A stretch of DNA of 64,000 bases from NCBI RefSeq assembly GCF_963921235.1, contig NC_086097.1, positions 198,464,001 to 198,528,000 on the forward strand. Reading direction: 5' to 3'. A program made the position numbers and the translations under genes. Under the pieces are notes generated by a model. That model searched no databases. It saw only the letters and a program-made list of their open reading frames with translations, and was not told the DNA's origin. The DNA is from Mobula hypostoma. Its lineage: Eukaryota. Within the stretch, counting starts at the first letter, position 1. The number at the start of each line of letters is the position of its first letter. This document shows, piece by piece, positions 24,715 to 37,040 of the stretch.

Positions 24715-25550
24715 ATAAAAAATTGGCAGCATGGTTGACGGTGATAAAGAAAGTGCTAGACTGCAGGAAGATTTAGATGGTCTGGTCAGCCAGGCAGGGA
24801 AATGGTAAATAAACTTTAATGCAGAGAAATGTGAAGTAATGCATTTGGAGAGTTGTAACATGCAAATAAGTTTACAATAAATGGTATGATATTAAGTGAT
24901 TTTGAGTGAAAAAAGTGAATTTATGATGAATTTAAAGGAGGAAGAACAGAGTGACAAAGTAATGATAAAGGCTCTCCTTATTCAGCAAGGATAAGAGCAT
25001 AGGAACAAGAAAGCTAAGCTACAGCAGTATATGATTCTGGTCTGACTATAGTTTGAAAGCTGCCACATTACAAGAGAACAAAACTGAAGATTTAATAGGG
25101 ATTTTACCAGCACTGGAAAATGTTAGCTGTGAGGAAAGATTAGATAAGATAGAATAGTTTTCTTTGGAACAGCAAAAGCTGAAGCTTAATGAGGTGTGAG
25201 AAATCATGAGCAGCAAAGATAGAGAATGTTGGAAAGACCTATTTCCCTCAGATGATGGTTCAATAATAGCAGGGCATAAGCTTGAAGTAATTTATAGAAA
25301 GGTTAGATGAAAGAGGAGGAGAAAATAATTAGAGAGTGTGAAAAGTCAGGAACTTACTCTATGAAAGAGTAGCAGAGGCAGGAATCATCATTTCGTTATG
25401 AAGTACTTGGATGTAACCTTGAAGAGCCACGATCTCCAGCACTACAGAAACGGTGCTGGAAGGTGGGAGAAGGTCAGGTAGTTCTTTTTCACCTGACGTG
25501 GACAAAATGATCCAAACAATCTCCTTCTGTGTTGTAAGTTATCATGATTT
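24715..25550 (+). mobile_element. Ancient CR1 3' fragment
   Basis: 'ADD*KIG...LQEDLDGL...FNAEKCEVMHL' remnants. Confidence 0.75.
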
Positions 25551-25607
25551 TGTCTATAACACAATCTAATCATGTGGTGTTATTTCAAAGCTGCTATATT
25601 TCACATT

Positions 25608-27832
25608 TCAGAATCAGGTTTATTATCACTGGCGTGTGACATGAAATTTGTTAACTTATCAGCAGCAGTTCAATGCAGTACATAACCTAGAAGAGAAGAA
25701 ATAATAAATAAAATAAAAATAATAATAATAAATCAATAAATTGATCAATTACAGTATACATACATTGAATAGATTAAAAAACGTGCAAAAAACAGAAATA
25801 GTGTATATTTTAAAAAGTGAGGTCATGTCCAAGGGTTCAATGTCCATTTAGGAATCAGATGGTAGTGGGGAAAAAGCTGTTCCTGAAACGCTGAGTGTGT
25901 GCCTTCAGGCTTCTGTATCTCCTACCTGATGGTAACAGTGACAAAAGGGCATGGCCTGAGTGCTGAAGACCCCTAATAATGGGCACTTCCTTTCTGAGAC
26001 ACCGCTCCCTGAAGATGTCCTGGATACTTTGTAGGCTAGTCCCCAAGATGGAGCTGACTAAACTTACAACCCTCTGCAGCTTCTTTCGGTCCTGTGCAGT
26101 AGACCATACCACCCCATACCAGACAGTGATGCAGCCTGTCAGAATACTCTCCACAGTACAACTATAGAAGTTTTTGAGTGTATTTGTTGACATACCAAAT
26201 CTCTTCAAACTTCTAATGAAGTATAGCTGCTGTTTTGCCTTCTTTATAACTACATCAATATGTTGGGACCAGGTTAGATCCTCAGAGATCTTGACACACA
26301 GGAACTTGAAACTCCTCACTCTCTCCATTTCTGATCCCTCTATGAGGATTGGTATGTGTTCCTTTGTCTTACCCTTCCTGAAGTCCACAATCAGCTCTTT
26401 CATCTTACTGACGTCGAGTGCCAGGTTGTAGCTGTGGCACCACTCCACTAGTTGGCATATCTCACTCCTGTACGCCCTCTCGTCACCACCTGAGATTTTA
26501 CCAACAATAGTCGTATCGTCAGCAAATTTATAGATGGTGTTTGAGCCATGCCTAGCCACACAGTCATGTGTATATAGAGAGTAGAGCAGTGGGCTAAGCA
26601 CACACCCCTGGGGTGCGCCAGTGTTGATCGTCAACAAGGTGGATACGTTATCACCAATCTGCACAGACTGTGGTCTTCCAGTTGGGAAGTCGAGGATCCA
26701 ATTGCAGAGGGAGGTACAGAGGCCCAGGTTCGGCAACTTCGCAATGAGGATTGTGGGAATGATGGTATTAAATGCTGAGCTACAGTCGATGAACAGCATC
26801 CTGACGTAGTTTCTTGTGTTTGTCCGGGTGGTCTAAAGCTGTGTGGAGATCCATGGAGATTGCATCTGCCGTTGACCTGTTGTGGTGATAAGCAAATTGC
26901 AATGGGTCCACGTCCTTGCTGAGGCAATAATTCAGTCTAGTCATGACCAACCTCTTAAAACTTTTCACCATTGTCGATGTGAGTGCTATCGGGCGATAGT
27001 CATTAAGGCAGCTCACATTATTCTTCTTAGGCACTGGTATAATTGTTGCCTTTTTGAAGCAAGTGGGAACTTCTGCCTGTAGCAGTGAGAGGTTGAAAAT
27101 GTCCTTGAAAACTTACTCCCACCAGTTTGTTGGCACAAGTTTTCAGAATCTTACTAGGTATTCCATCTGAATCTTTCACCTTGCGTAGGTTCACTCTCTT
27201 TAAAGACAATCTAACATCGGCCTCTGAGACAAGGATCACAGGGTCATCAGGTGCAGCAGGGATCTTCACAGCTGTAGTTGTGTTCTCCCTTTCAAAGTGT
27301 GCATAGAAGGCGTTGAGTTCATCTGGTAGTGAAGCATCACTGCCATTCATGCTATTGAGTTTGCTTTGTAGGAAATAATGTCTTGCAAACCCTGCCAGAG
27401 TTGTCGTGCATCTGTTGTCACCTCCAAACTCATTCAAAATTGTCTCTTTGCTTTGAAATAGCCCTCCAGAAATCATACCTGGTTTTCTCGTACAGTCCTG
27501 GGTTGCCAGACTTGAATGCCACAGATCTAGCCTTCAATAGACGACGTACCTCCTGGTTCATCCATGGCTTTTGGTTTGGGAATGTACAGTAGATCTTTGT
27601 AGGCACACTCTCATTCACACAGGTTTTAATGAAGTCGGTAACAACTGCGGCATACTCATCCAGGTTCAAAGATGAATACCTGAATACAGTCCAGTCCACT
27701 GATTCAAAGCAGTCCTGTAGGCGCTCCTGTGCTTCCCTTGTCCAAACCTTCTTGGTCCTCACTACTGGTGTTTCAGTCTTCAGTCTCTGCCTATAGTCAG
27801 GAAGTAGAAGTACAGCTAGGTGATCAGACTTC
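25608..27832 (-). mobile_element. 5'-truncated Rex1/Babar LINE with disrupted RT
   Basis: ORF 25855-26799 ([38 protein letters not shown]). Upstream fragments '[11 protein letters not shown]' and 'LQDCFESVDW' lie in shifted frames. 3' tail TCAGAATCAGGTTTATTATCAC. Confidence 0.92.
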
Positions 27833-28234
27833 ACTTCTACTACATTATCTTTGACCATTTCCTTCTTAGCACAGCAAAGAATTTCATGGTGTTGATCAAA
27901 CATAACTTTTCTTTCCCCTTGGAGCTCTATATTGTATTGTATATATTTAATATCTATTTTTTCTGTTTATTTAGAAAATCCATTAACTTTCCTGCTACTT
28001 ACATTGAGGCTAATGGTTTACAAGTTTCTGAATATACCCATATTTCTTCTTAAATACAGGTATTAACTATCCATTTGATCTCTGGCACTGCAGCATTTTT
28101 TTCTAATACAAGTCTTCACAATTTATTCCCTGTTTCCAACCAGTCTGTTCCAATGCAACTACGACACTGAAATCTGCCAAGCAATATGGAAAATTATCCA
28201 GATATGTTCTATTTACAGAAAGGAGAATAAATTC

Positions 28235-29660
28235 AGTCTGTTCACTGATTCCCAGTTTTGGTTTTAGCAGGTACACTTCGTTCCAGGGCTCACCTCAGCT
28301 CTGGAACAAAGAGCTGAATTCGAGAGATCAAGCGAGCGTGACTTCTCTTGAAGTAAACGCAGAATGTGATCAGGTGCAGCAGCAAAGTTCTCTCAGAAAA
28401 CCAAAGACAATGGACATCAAGTGGAAAATATTCCAATGGTTGGAGTCATAATTAGCATAAAGGAAGATGGCAGTTGTTTATAAACATGAGAAAGTCTACA
28501 GAGCTGGAGATCGAAAGCAACGTACACAAAATGCTGGAGGAACTCAGCAGGTCAGGCAGCATCTATGGAAAACAGTAAACAGTCAATGTTTTAGGCTGAG
28601 ATCCTTCTTTAGGACTGAAAAGGAAGGGGGGAGATGCTGGAATAAAAATGTGGGGGAGGGGAGGAGGCAGTGGTTGTTGGAGACCAATCATCCTAATTCC
28701 AATTCATCATTGCAGGAGATCCTCAGGCTATTATCTAGCTGTCTTCAGTTGTTTTATCAATTACTTCATCCAGTAATGGGGTCAGAAGCTGAAATGCTTG
28801 ATGATGATTAAACCGTTTTGAATTCTATTCGCAGTGCCTTGTGGCAATTGAACTAGTCATGCCTGAATGCAGCAAAACTGAGCTATAATGTAGGCATGGG
28901 CTGATACATGAAACAGTTGTATCACAAAGGCACAAAGATGGCAGGCAGTAAGCACCTTCAACAAAGAGAATGTCTAAACATATATCCTTGATATTCAAAT
29001 GCCTTTCCATTGCTGAGCCCTGCCATCGATATCCTTAGACATCATTGACAAGAAACTCAACTAAATTTGTCACATAAATACTGGTTACAAGAGCAGGTCA
29101 TATTCTGGATGTACTGCAGTAAGTGCTTTCCAAACACCCCAGAGCTCTACCACTATCTGCCTTTGAGGTCAGGAGTATGATGGAATACTTTCTCTATGCC
29201 TGGATGAGTATTATTCCAGCAACACTCGACACCATCCAGGGCAAAAGAGCTCATTTGGTTGGTACCCTAAACTTCTTGTTTAAGCATTAATTGCCTCCAC
29301 CACTGGTACACTGCAGCTGGATGGTGTACCTTCTACAAAATGCACTGATGTTACTTGCCTAGACTGCATCAACAGCATGTACGAGACCCATGACCTCAAT
29401 CATCAAGAAGAGTGATTGCAGTCACATGAAAACACTGCCACCTACAGGCTCATTCCTAAGTCATACACCATCTCACACACTGACTGCCATTCTTTGTCAT
29501 TGCTGAATCGAGATCCTGAAATCCCCTTGTCCAAAACATTATGCGATTACCTTCAGCAAAGCACTGCAGTAGTTCAAGGAGGCCATTCACCACCATGTTC
29601 TCATTGTCAATGAATGATGTGCAATGAATGTTAGCCTTGTCAGAAATGCTCACATAATCG
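28235..29660 (+). mobile_element. Decayed LINE of the second CR1/L2-group family
   Basis: 'FQWLES' and a decayed ADD motif ('MLDDD'). Collinear with 47050-47965 through the 3' end. Confidence 0.75.
28479..28665 (-). mobile_element. Penelope terminal-repeat insertion with 10-bp TSD
   Basis: Matches 9385-9520 in reverse. GGCAGT(T/G)GTT at 28469-28478 and 28666-28675. Confidence 0.8.
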
Positions 29661-30779
29661 AAAACATTTCACAAAATATATTTTATAATGCAAAATACTA
29701 GTTGTTCAGACCAGACGCTTTAAATGATTTTGATCAGTTTATTTAATCTTTTTCTATATCATAATGTTAGGCAATTATACGTTCCTAACCTCACTACAAG
29801 TTATGTTGACCTGACCTGTTTCCATGGTAAATAGTACAAAAAGTTTATATTTCCATTACTTCACATTGACAGTCTGCAATTGTTTCTTGCCTGCCCATTT
29901 AAAGTAGTATTTCCCTCCAGACTTTTGTTTTCTAATTATGCACTGGAAAAGTACCTTATTACATTGCGTTACTTTCCTTGATGTTCACCTTCCTTAAATC
30001 TCGGTATACAGTATTTCACACCTATTTACTTTGTACCTTCCCTTACTAAGTTTATCATTGCCCTAAATACTATATTACTTTTCTCATTGCTTGATTTCTC
30101 TTATCACTTCATGTGGATATGTTTCTAATTAGCTCGTTTGTTTTATTTTGTTTGTGACATGAATGTAATTTACCCGTTCTTTGTGGACATGGCGTTAATG
30201 TTTCCCATTTATTTTCTATGTGATTGTTGGCCAATCTTACCTCCTAAAGTTTTTGATATTTCTAATGTTTTATTCTGAATAGCCTTACATCAGTTTTACT
30301 CCAGCTGTTTGCCTTAGGCTTTGTCATGCTAATCTCCTCTGAATTACTATTTTAAACTTTACCAAAGTCATTATTGCCTTGAGGTGCCTCTGCTTTTACT
30401 TCCCTTACCAGTTCTGGCTCATTACTCTGCCTCTGGAACAACAGCATTAACAGGCTATTCATTTTTCCTGAAGGACACTGAGGCCAATGTAGCAATGCCT
30501 TGGGTACAATAAGCTAACTAACCTGCACAGGAAGAGGAATTCCCAGATGATGATCTGTGGTGCCATTCTGTGTATCTATCTATGGAATGCTTGTATCTCA
30601 CTCCCTCCTTTCCAAATACACATGAATTGATTATTACATGTCCATGAAGTGATATATTGTCCCCTTATTGCTGTAAGATCAGCAATGTCCTTTTTAAAAG
30701 AGAAAGCATTTCCCCCTTCCTCCTCCTCTCTGTTGGTCTAATCATAGTTTCACCATATGAGCCCTTTGTTAACATTGAT

Positions 30780-31380
30780 GTCCAGGAAGAACTAGAGTAA
30801 CCATAGTGGCTGAGAGCAATGCATATAACAACAATGCACTCTGATTGGCATTCAAAGATTATTGGGATGCTTGGAGGGGTTAACATTTCCAGCCTGTTGA
30901 AATGCATCTCAATCACCAATTCTCTTATGAGATTCCATGCAAGGGTGTGCTACATCCATCACAGAAATGGATCATTTTGTGAGGTTTCAGGGAGGGGGCA
31001 TGAATGTGCACAGTAACTGATTGTGATTGTTGGACACATATTGTTTCATATGACTCTCAGCAAAATGATTTAGCCAGTGTGCTCTGCCTTTTCCCTGCAA
31101 AGTCTAACACCTTGCACCCAAACGAGCCATCCCACTTAAATCCCATCCAATATGCACCCTCAACAAAAGGGGTGGATTGCAGAAGATTATACATCTCTGT
31201 AAATAAGATCCCTCAGAATTCCCTGTCTCCAGAGTGATTGATCAGTACAGTATAGAACAGAAAGGCATAGAATTTCAAGAAGGAGGAAATAATTCAGCAA
31301 TGGGGCTGAGATGCAATCATGTGCATATAACCGATGGCGTGAGTATTTAACTCTCGCCGTGAAGAGAATAGCTGTCATTT
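30780..31380 (-). pseudogene. Possible very old PIF/Harbinger-like transposase remnant
   Basis: Weak collinear fragments: TAILFTARVKY, AHDC, GWLV, HTLAWNLIRE..MHFNRLE, IVVICIALSH. Confidence 0.25.
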
Positions 31381-33519
31381 AGCTGGAATCGTTGGTGGGA
31401 AGGCATCCCTCAAGTGAGTAATAGCTTGGAGCAGCATCATATGGCGTGCGTCCACAACAAATTTCCTGCATGTGGCACAACAGTCAATGCAGTTGTGGCA
31501 ACACAGGACGCTGCATGGGCCACTTACACCTGACTGGTAATGAGTATAGTCACAAAAGATAGACATACACTACATATACAGTGTTTCAACAGAAAGTTAT
31601 ACATAAAAAGTCACAGGAATATAAAAGAGTTTTAAGACAATCTGCCTTTATGATGAACACCTTAATGACCGTCACAACTTGCACCTTGTGTGTGCGTTTA
31701 CAGTTCCAGCGCTATGTCACATAGACTTCCTGGAGGGGCTCCTGACATGCTTCTGAGAGGCTGCTTTCTTTCAGCTGGTGTGTGAATTGAGAGTGAGCCT
31801 GGAAGATCCACGAGAAGCCCTTGTCTTTCAGAGTTCGACTTCGGGCTGCTGCCCACAGCTAACTGGTGGTATTCTGGGATTGCTGGCTATGGGATATGGA
31901 GGGCATTGTGGCTGCTTGAGTATGAAGATAACTGTCATAGAGTCATAGAGCTATACAGCATAGAAGCAAGCCTTCGGCCTATTGCTTCCATACCAACCAT
32001 CATGCCTGATTTTACTATTCCTACAGCATCAACACAACCTTCTGCCAAGCTCTCCTATTAGTGACCCTGTGGAAACTGCTACCACATATGTACTCTCCTA
32101 ATATTACTGAACACTGATAGTTCACATAGGGTAAATCAGGAAGTGCACTCCCTCCTTGTTGCAGCCTCACTTTCAACTCTTCCCACTATTGTATATGTTG
32201 CTTCTGTTGTTACTTGTAAAATGTGCCTTTCAGGGCTGACTTTGTATGATTAGTAGGCAGGATAGTTTGTGCTGATCCATTGAATTAGGTTGTGTCTTGT
32301 AGAACAAGACAGTTCCCATTATTCCTGGTGAAAACAACTGTCACTAAAGTGCTTTTCATCCAGTTTTACCATTTCCTATGGGTAACATCTCCATAAAACA
32401 AACCCCACTTAATGCACCAAAAATTCCTACAACACAACATCTGGGCACTTATCTCAGCTTTCTCTAGCCATTCCTCTGCCTGTGTTTTTCTATTCCTGTA
32501 CCAGTAATAAATGCATGAATAAATAATTCAATGACTTCACAAAACTGTAAAAAAAAAGTCAGTAGCTGTTTCTGGAAAGATTTATTTGTTACCAATCAAT
32601 AATGGTGGTGGGAGTTATGTTACTTTATGGTACAGTCCATCTATCTGAATACTGACAGTATGTGGTAGAATATAATAAGGCAGTCTCTTGGTAGTCATGA
32701 ATCAATTGATTCCTGGCTGTCTAATGAAGGTGTCAGCAGGTGCCTTCATGACAGAGTGGCATTTGTATGATCAATGAAACCTGCTGTGGAGTGCTAATAA
32801 ATATATGGCTTTGTGAAACCCAATATTTTTCACGTTCTAGACCAAACTTAAACACAAATGCTGAAGAAAATCAGGTTACCATCACTGGACCTTGCAACAT
32901 ATAATTAGATTCCATTCACGGATGGATAGACAAACAAATTCAATTTCTTGTAAGCCCTAAGAAAATAGACTAGGCTATTAAAGTTTCCTTCCAAGCTTGT
33001 TAGATATCTGCCTACCCATTTGTCTGTTTTTTGTCTGATGTTAAGATATGACAATTTCAACTTAATCTTCCTGGCTTGCACCTCCCTGAAGCTAATGTAG
33101 ATAGAGTTAGAATATTCACACATTGTTAACTCCCACTGCCTGCAGAAGGCTGTTATGTAGGCTGAATCCCAAGAATGATTGTGAATAGAGATAGTAAAAT
33201 CTGGATTTTTTTTTATCACATTGTCTTTCTAGTAATATTTCATCAATTAAAATGCTTAGTCAGAGAAGTTTGACATGCTCCACCCATCAGACTACATGCT
33301 TGTCCTTACTCTCCTGTGTTACTATTTCCACCTTAAAATATTGCATTTGAATTCTGTGCCTGGATATTATTAAACACCATGGTTGAAAATCAGTTTAACA
33401 CAAATTATAATACTGGACTTGAAGAAATATTCTAGAACCTGTACTTTTCAGGCAATAAAGTTACACAGTGGTATACTTAACTACTTAAATTTGATAAGTG
33501 CCTGGACGCAACGGCTTTA

Positions 33520-34200
33520 ATGGGGTCAACCAAAGGTGTTATTGTACATTTAAATGTATCTTTTACAATTGCAAGACCCTGCTGGACATTAGAAAGTTAA
33601 TATACTGCAGCTCTACCCATCAGTGAGTTGCTTGGTTGGGGAGAAACTGAACTTGGTGTGGACAGTGATACTGCCTGTGCAGAGTCCAAAAGCAAGTGAT
33701 TATCTTAGCCACTTTTCTTGTAATTGCAAGACCCAGCTAGAATGTTGCGAGACCAATTAATTGGTAAAAAGAGGAGGCAGATGGTGGGGGAGCTGCATGA
33801 CCTTGGTTGTAGCAAGGACTAGGCCTGAAGCCACAGTGTCACCTGTTTGCAGCTACCCAGGGGGAGAGCAGAGTTGGATGCTCCACTGGAGTGCTGTAGA
33901 CAGTGTGGCATAGTGTCTTTGTTGGAGTTGGTGCTACTCCCCCAACATTCGCTCAACAGAGGATAAGCTTCGTTGTGTTCAACTACAGACTGCTACAACA
34001 TTCATAGACTCAGGGATTTGGACTATATTTTTTTATATGTGACTGTATTTTACTGCTACCTTATATGTGCTATATATGCCTTGTGCTGTGTGTGACTTTT
34101 GATACTGTGTTTTGCACCTTGGCCCTGGAGAAACACTATTTCATTTGGCTGTATTCATGGGTATTCATGATTGGTTGAATGATAATCAAAATTGAACTTC
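33520..34200 (+). mobile_element. Non-coding retroposon remnant ending in a Rex1-type 3' tail
   Basis: TTTTGCACCTTGGCCCTGGAG...GTTGAATGATAATCAAAATTGAACT tail. Internal repeat of TAATTGCAAGACCC at ~33567 and ~33721. Confidence 0.5.
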
Positions 34201-35059
34201 AGTTAGAATTTAAAAAGCTTCCTTGTTGAACTGCCAAGAGATTTTTTCATATTTTCTATGGCAAGAAACTTGAGATTTTGCAGTTATAGAACATCATAAT
34301 ATAATAATTACAACAAATTCTCCAAAAGATGGTGGACTGTAATGTAAAATAAATGCTGCTTCTAACAATGAAATAAAATTGGAAGTTAAAATATAAGAAA
34401 GTAGTCCAGAGCAAAGCTAAGACTACCAACTGTTCCTGAGCGGAAATTAACTTCTCATCACATTCTATGATATCTTTCTCTAAACCGGTTCTCCTATTTT
34501 ACAGAAATGAATAATTAACATGAGTCCGTACTGCAGCAATATAATAACTTACCCTGCATCTCACATGCAAAACCCTTGTCACACCAACAGCTGAAAACAG
34601 CATTTACACAAATTTTCTCACAAAACTTAACTGTTACCAGTTTTCATCGTCAGGTGTAAACCAATGCTGAATGTTGTGTCATTGTCTTTACAGACACCTG
34701 AAACTCTTGTAAATTGTGCATAATTCCACATTCCAGGTGCAAACTCATATAGATTCAAAAATCATATAATTTAGTATATGGTATATATACACCCATGAAC
34801 TGGGTGTAGATGTGGTATTTGATACACAGTTGTAGCTGTTGTTAGTTAGGTGTTGTAATCCAGCGTTTGCACATTTTTTCTGTTTACTAGCCTTACTAAA
34901 TACCAAGGAAAATAAACTGCAAATGCTACACTGACAATATTAGGAATTTGCTACTGAGCAATTAACAAGGCTGTGACAAAGGCTGAGTGAAAAGAAAGTG
35001 TAATTGCCAACCTAGAGCAATAATGATGGAAGGTGCTGGGCACAGCCTTTGAGTTTTTA

Positions 35060-35452
35060 TACCGCCCATACTTCCACTGGCATTTAGGGCGGCAATGAAG
35101 ATTCTTCTCCCTTGGTGGTATTCAGGGTGCCAGTAGCTTCTTGGTTTTCACTTCTGTCAACCATGCAAGTCCAAGGTGGAGACTCAGGAGTACTGTCACA
35201 CTCAAATGTAGAAGGATGCTTCATTGCTGCTTCCATAACAGTTTTGTTTGAACAGTCAGGCTTGCTAGCCCTGAGCCTGAAGCCCCGAACTTGGATGAAG
35301 GGTGGATCACTCTTAGTCTGGCCTCTACCCTTTCACCTGTTTGGCATGTGTGGCCCTACCTTAAAGCCCAGCACCACCAGCCAACATAGCTCTCTGGGTC
35401 ACTGAGGCAAGCAAACCTCCCGGCCACTACAAGGTTGAAGTCCTCTTGGAGG
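35060..35452 (-). mobile_element. Short non-autonomous RTE-derived element (5' UTR joined to 3' end)
   Basis: The minus strand begins with an RTE-like leader (CCTTGTAGTGG...TGACCCAGAGAGCTATG...GGTAGGGCCACACATGCC...CCAGACTAA) and ends with an RTE-like '..IFIAALNASG' terminus. Confidence 0.6.
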
Positions 35453-35493
35453 AGCCTATAAGTTGGTGGAGGGAAAAGTGTGAGTGTTCATAC

Positions 35494-36097
35494 ATTTATA
35501 CTTTATACTTTATTGTCACCAAACAATTGATACTAGAACGTACAATCATCACAGCGATATTTGATTCTGCACTTCCCGCTCCCTGGAGTACAAATCGATA
35601 GTAAATATTAAAAATTTAAATTATAAATCATAAATAGAAAATAGAAAACGGAAAGTAAGGTAGTGCAAAAAAACCGAGAGGCAGGTCTGGATATTTGGTG
35701 GGTACGGCCCAGATCCGGGTCAGGATCCGTTCAGCAGTCATATCACAGTTGGAAAGAAGCTGTTCTCAAATCTGGCCATACGAATCTTCAAGCTCCTGAG
35801 CCTTCTCCTGGAGGGAAAGGGGACAAAAAGTGTGTTGGCTGGGTGGGTCATATCCTTGATTATCCTGGCAGCACTGCTCCGACAGCGTGCAGTGTAAAGT
35901 GAGTCCAAGGACGGAAGATTGGTTTGCGTGATGTGCTGGGCTGTGTTCATGATCTTCTGCAGCTTCTTCCGGGGACAGGACAACTTCCATATCAGGTTGT
36001 GATGCACCCTAAAAGAATGCTTTTTACGGTGCACCTATAAAAATTAGTGAGGGTTTTAGGGGACGGGCCAAATTTCTTTAGCTTTCTCAGGAAGTAA
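35494..36097 (-). mobile_element. Rex1/Babar LINE 3' fragment
   Basis: 'KKLQKIMNTAQHITQTNLPSLDSLYTARC...HPANTLFVPFPSRRRLRS...FENSFFP'. (AAAGTAT)n tail at ~35495-35512. Confidence 0.88.
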
Positions 36098-36721
36098 ATT
36101 GGTCTTTACATGGAATAAGCAGAGATGCTCTTGAAAGAAAATCAAGGTCCAGGGAGGCAACAGAGAGGAGAGCAACATAGACATACATGAAAAGAGGAAG
36201 TTAATAATACAAGGTATTCAAAATGCCAGTAAATACATTTGCATCACAAATCAACATGAGATCTCCTGCAAGGATGTTGCAAGAATTTTGATGTGACATT
36301 TAACTAGCATTTGCAGAGATTTTCAGGAGTTATATATATATTCATATACTGAACACTGTATATTCAGTATTTTCAGCCAGGAATAAAATTTCATAGGTGG
36401 CAAATATATTTTCAATTTAAAGGCAGTGACAATTTTAGATTGGGTCTGAAGATCTCATTTGGTTAGTCGGCTTTCAATCAAGAGGATTTAAGCAAAGTAT
36501 TTGGGATACTGAACTTTGAGACAGCATGCAGAAAAAGCTGTGAGTATGAAAGGGCATTGACAACAACAATGAGCAGTTTCAGTCAGGAGATCAACCAGAG
36601 GCAAGCAGGGAACAGGGAACATGCCCACAGAAATTGTAACTAAGTCATGCAGATGCTATACACGTATTCAGTGGGAAGGTAGCTGGAACAGTTGTAGTGA
36701 TATACATGGTACATTTGGGAG

Positions 36722-36971
36722 TGAAGCACCTTCAATTACTCCAAAAGACTGAGGTTTGGTAAAATACTGAAAGGCTTTTATTCGCTGTACAATACGACCT
36801 CCACAGTGAGTGTCTGCCCCCGGACTGAGGGGGAGAGGCAAGGCGAACACCTTTATACTGGACCCTGTGGGAGGAGCCACAGGGGCAGTCAGAGGAGCCA
36901 CAGGGGCAGTCAGCAGAGGGGTGTGTCCAGACAGGTAACCGAGTTACAACATATATACATGGTTTACCACA
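36722..36971 (-). repeat. 3' LTR
   Basis: About 9 substitutions and no indels versus 40990-41239 by manual comparison. Contains a 21-bp tandem duplication. Confidence 0.97.
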
Positions 36972-36989
36972 TTCACCCCTCCTTTTTTT
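36972..36989 (-). other. Polypurine tract
   Basis: Minus-strand AAAAAAAGGAGGGGTGAA abuts the 3' LTR. Confidence 0.9.
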
Positions 36990-37040
36990 AAAAAGAGTCC
37001 CGCGGGGTGAAGTGACTGACAATATTTACAAGAAGTATAT

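Noticed and set aside
28258..28450. Splice-acceptor-like TTTTAGCAG followed by a 59-codon open frame (possible host exon)
   Set aside because: It reads as decayed LINE RT (QFGF...WTKELN...WLES region) and runs directly into the LINE that continues to 29660.
32699..32755. 14-bp palindrome GAATCAATTGATTC and an adjacent short hairpin
   Set aside because: Too short for a pre-miRNA and plausible by chance; no supporting context.
34545..34705. Minus-strand candidate exon bounded by TTTCAG and GTAAGT
   Set aside because: Stops in all three frames for the long form; the 38-nt short form has no recognisable product.
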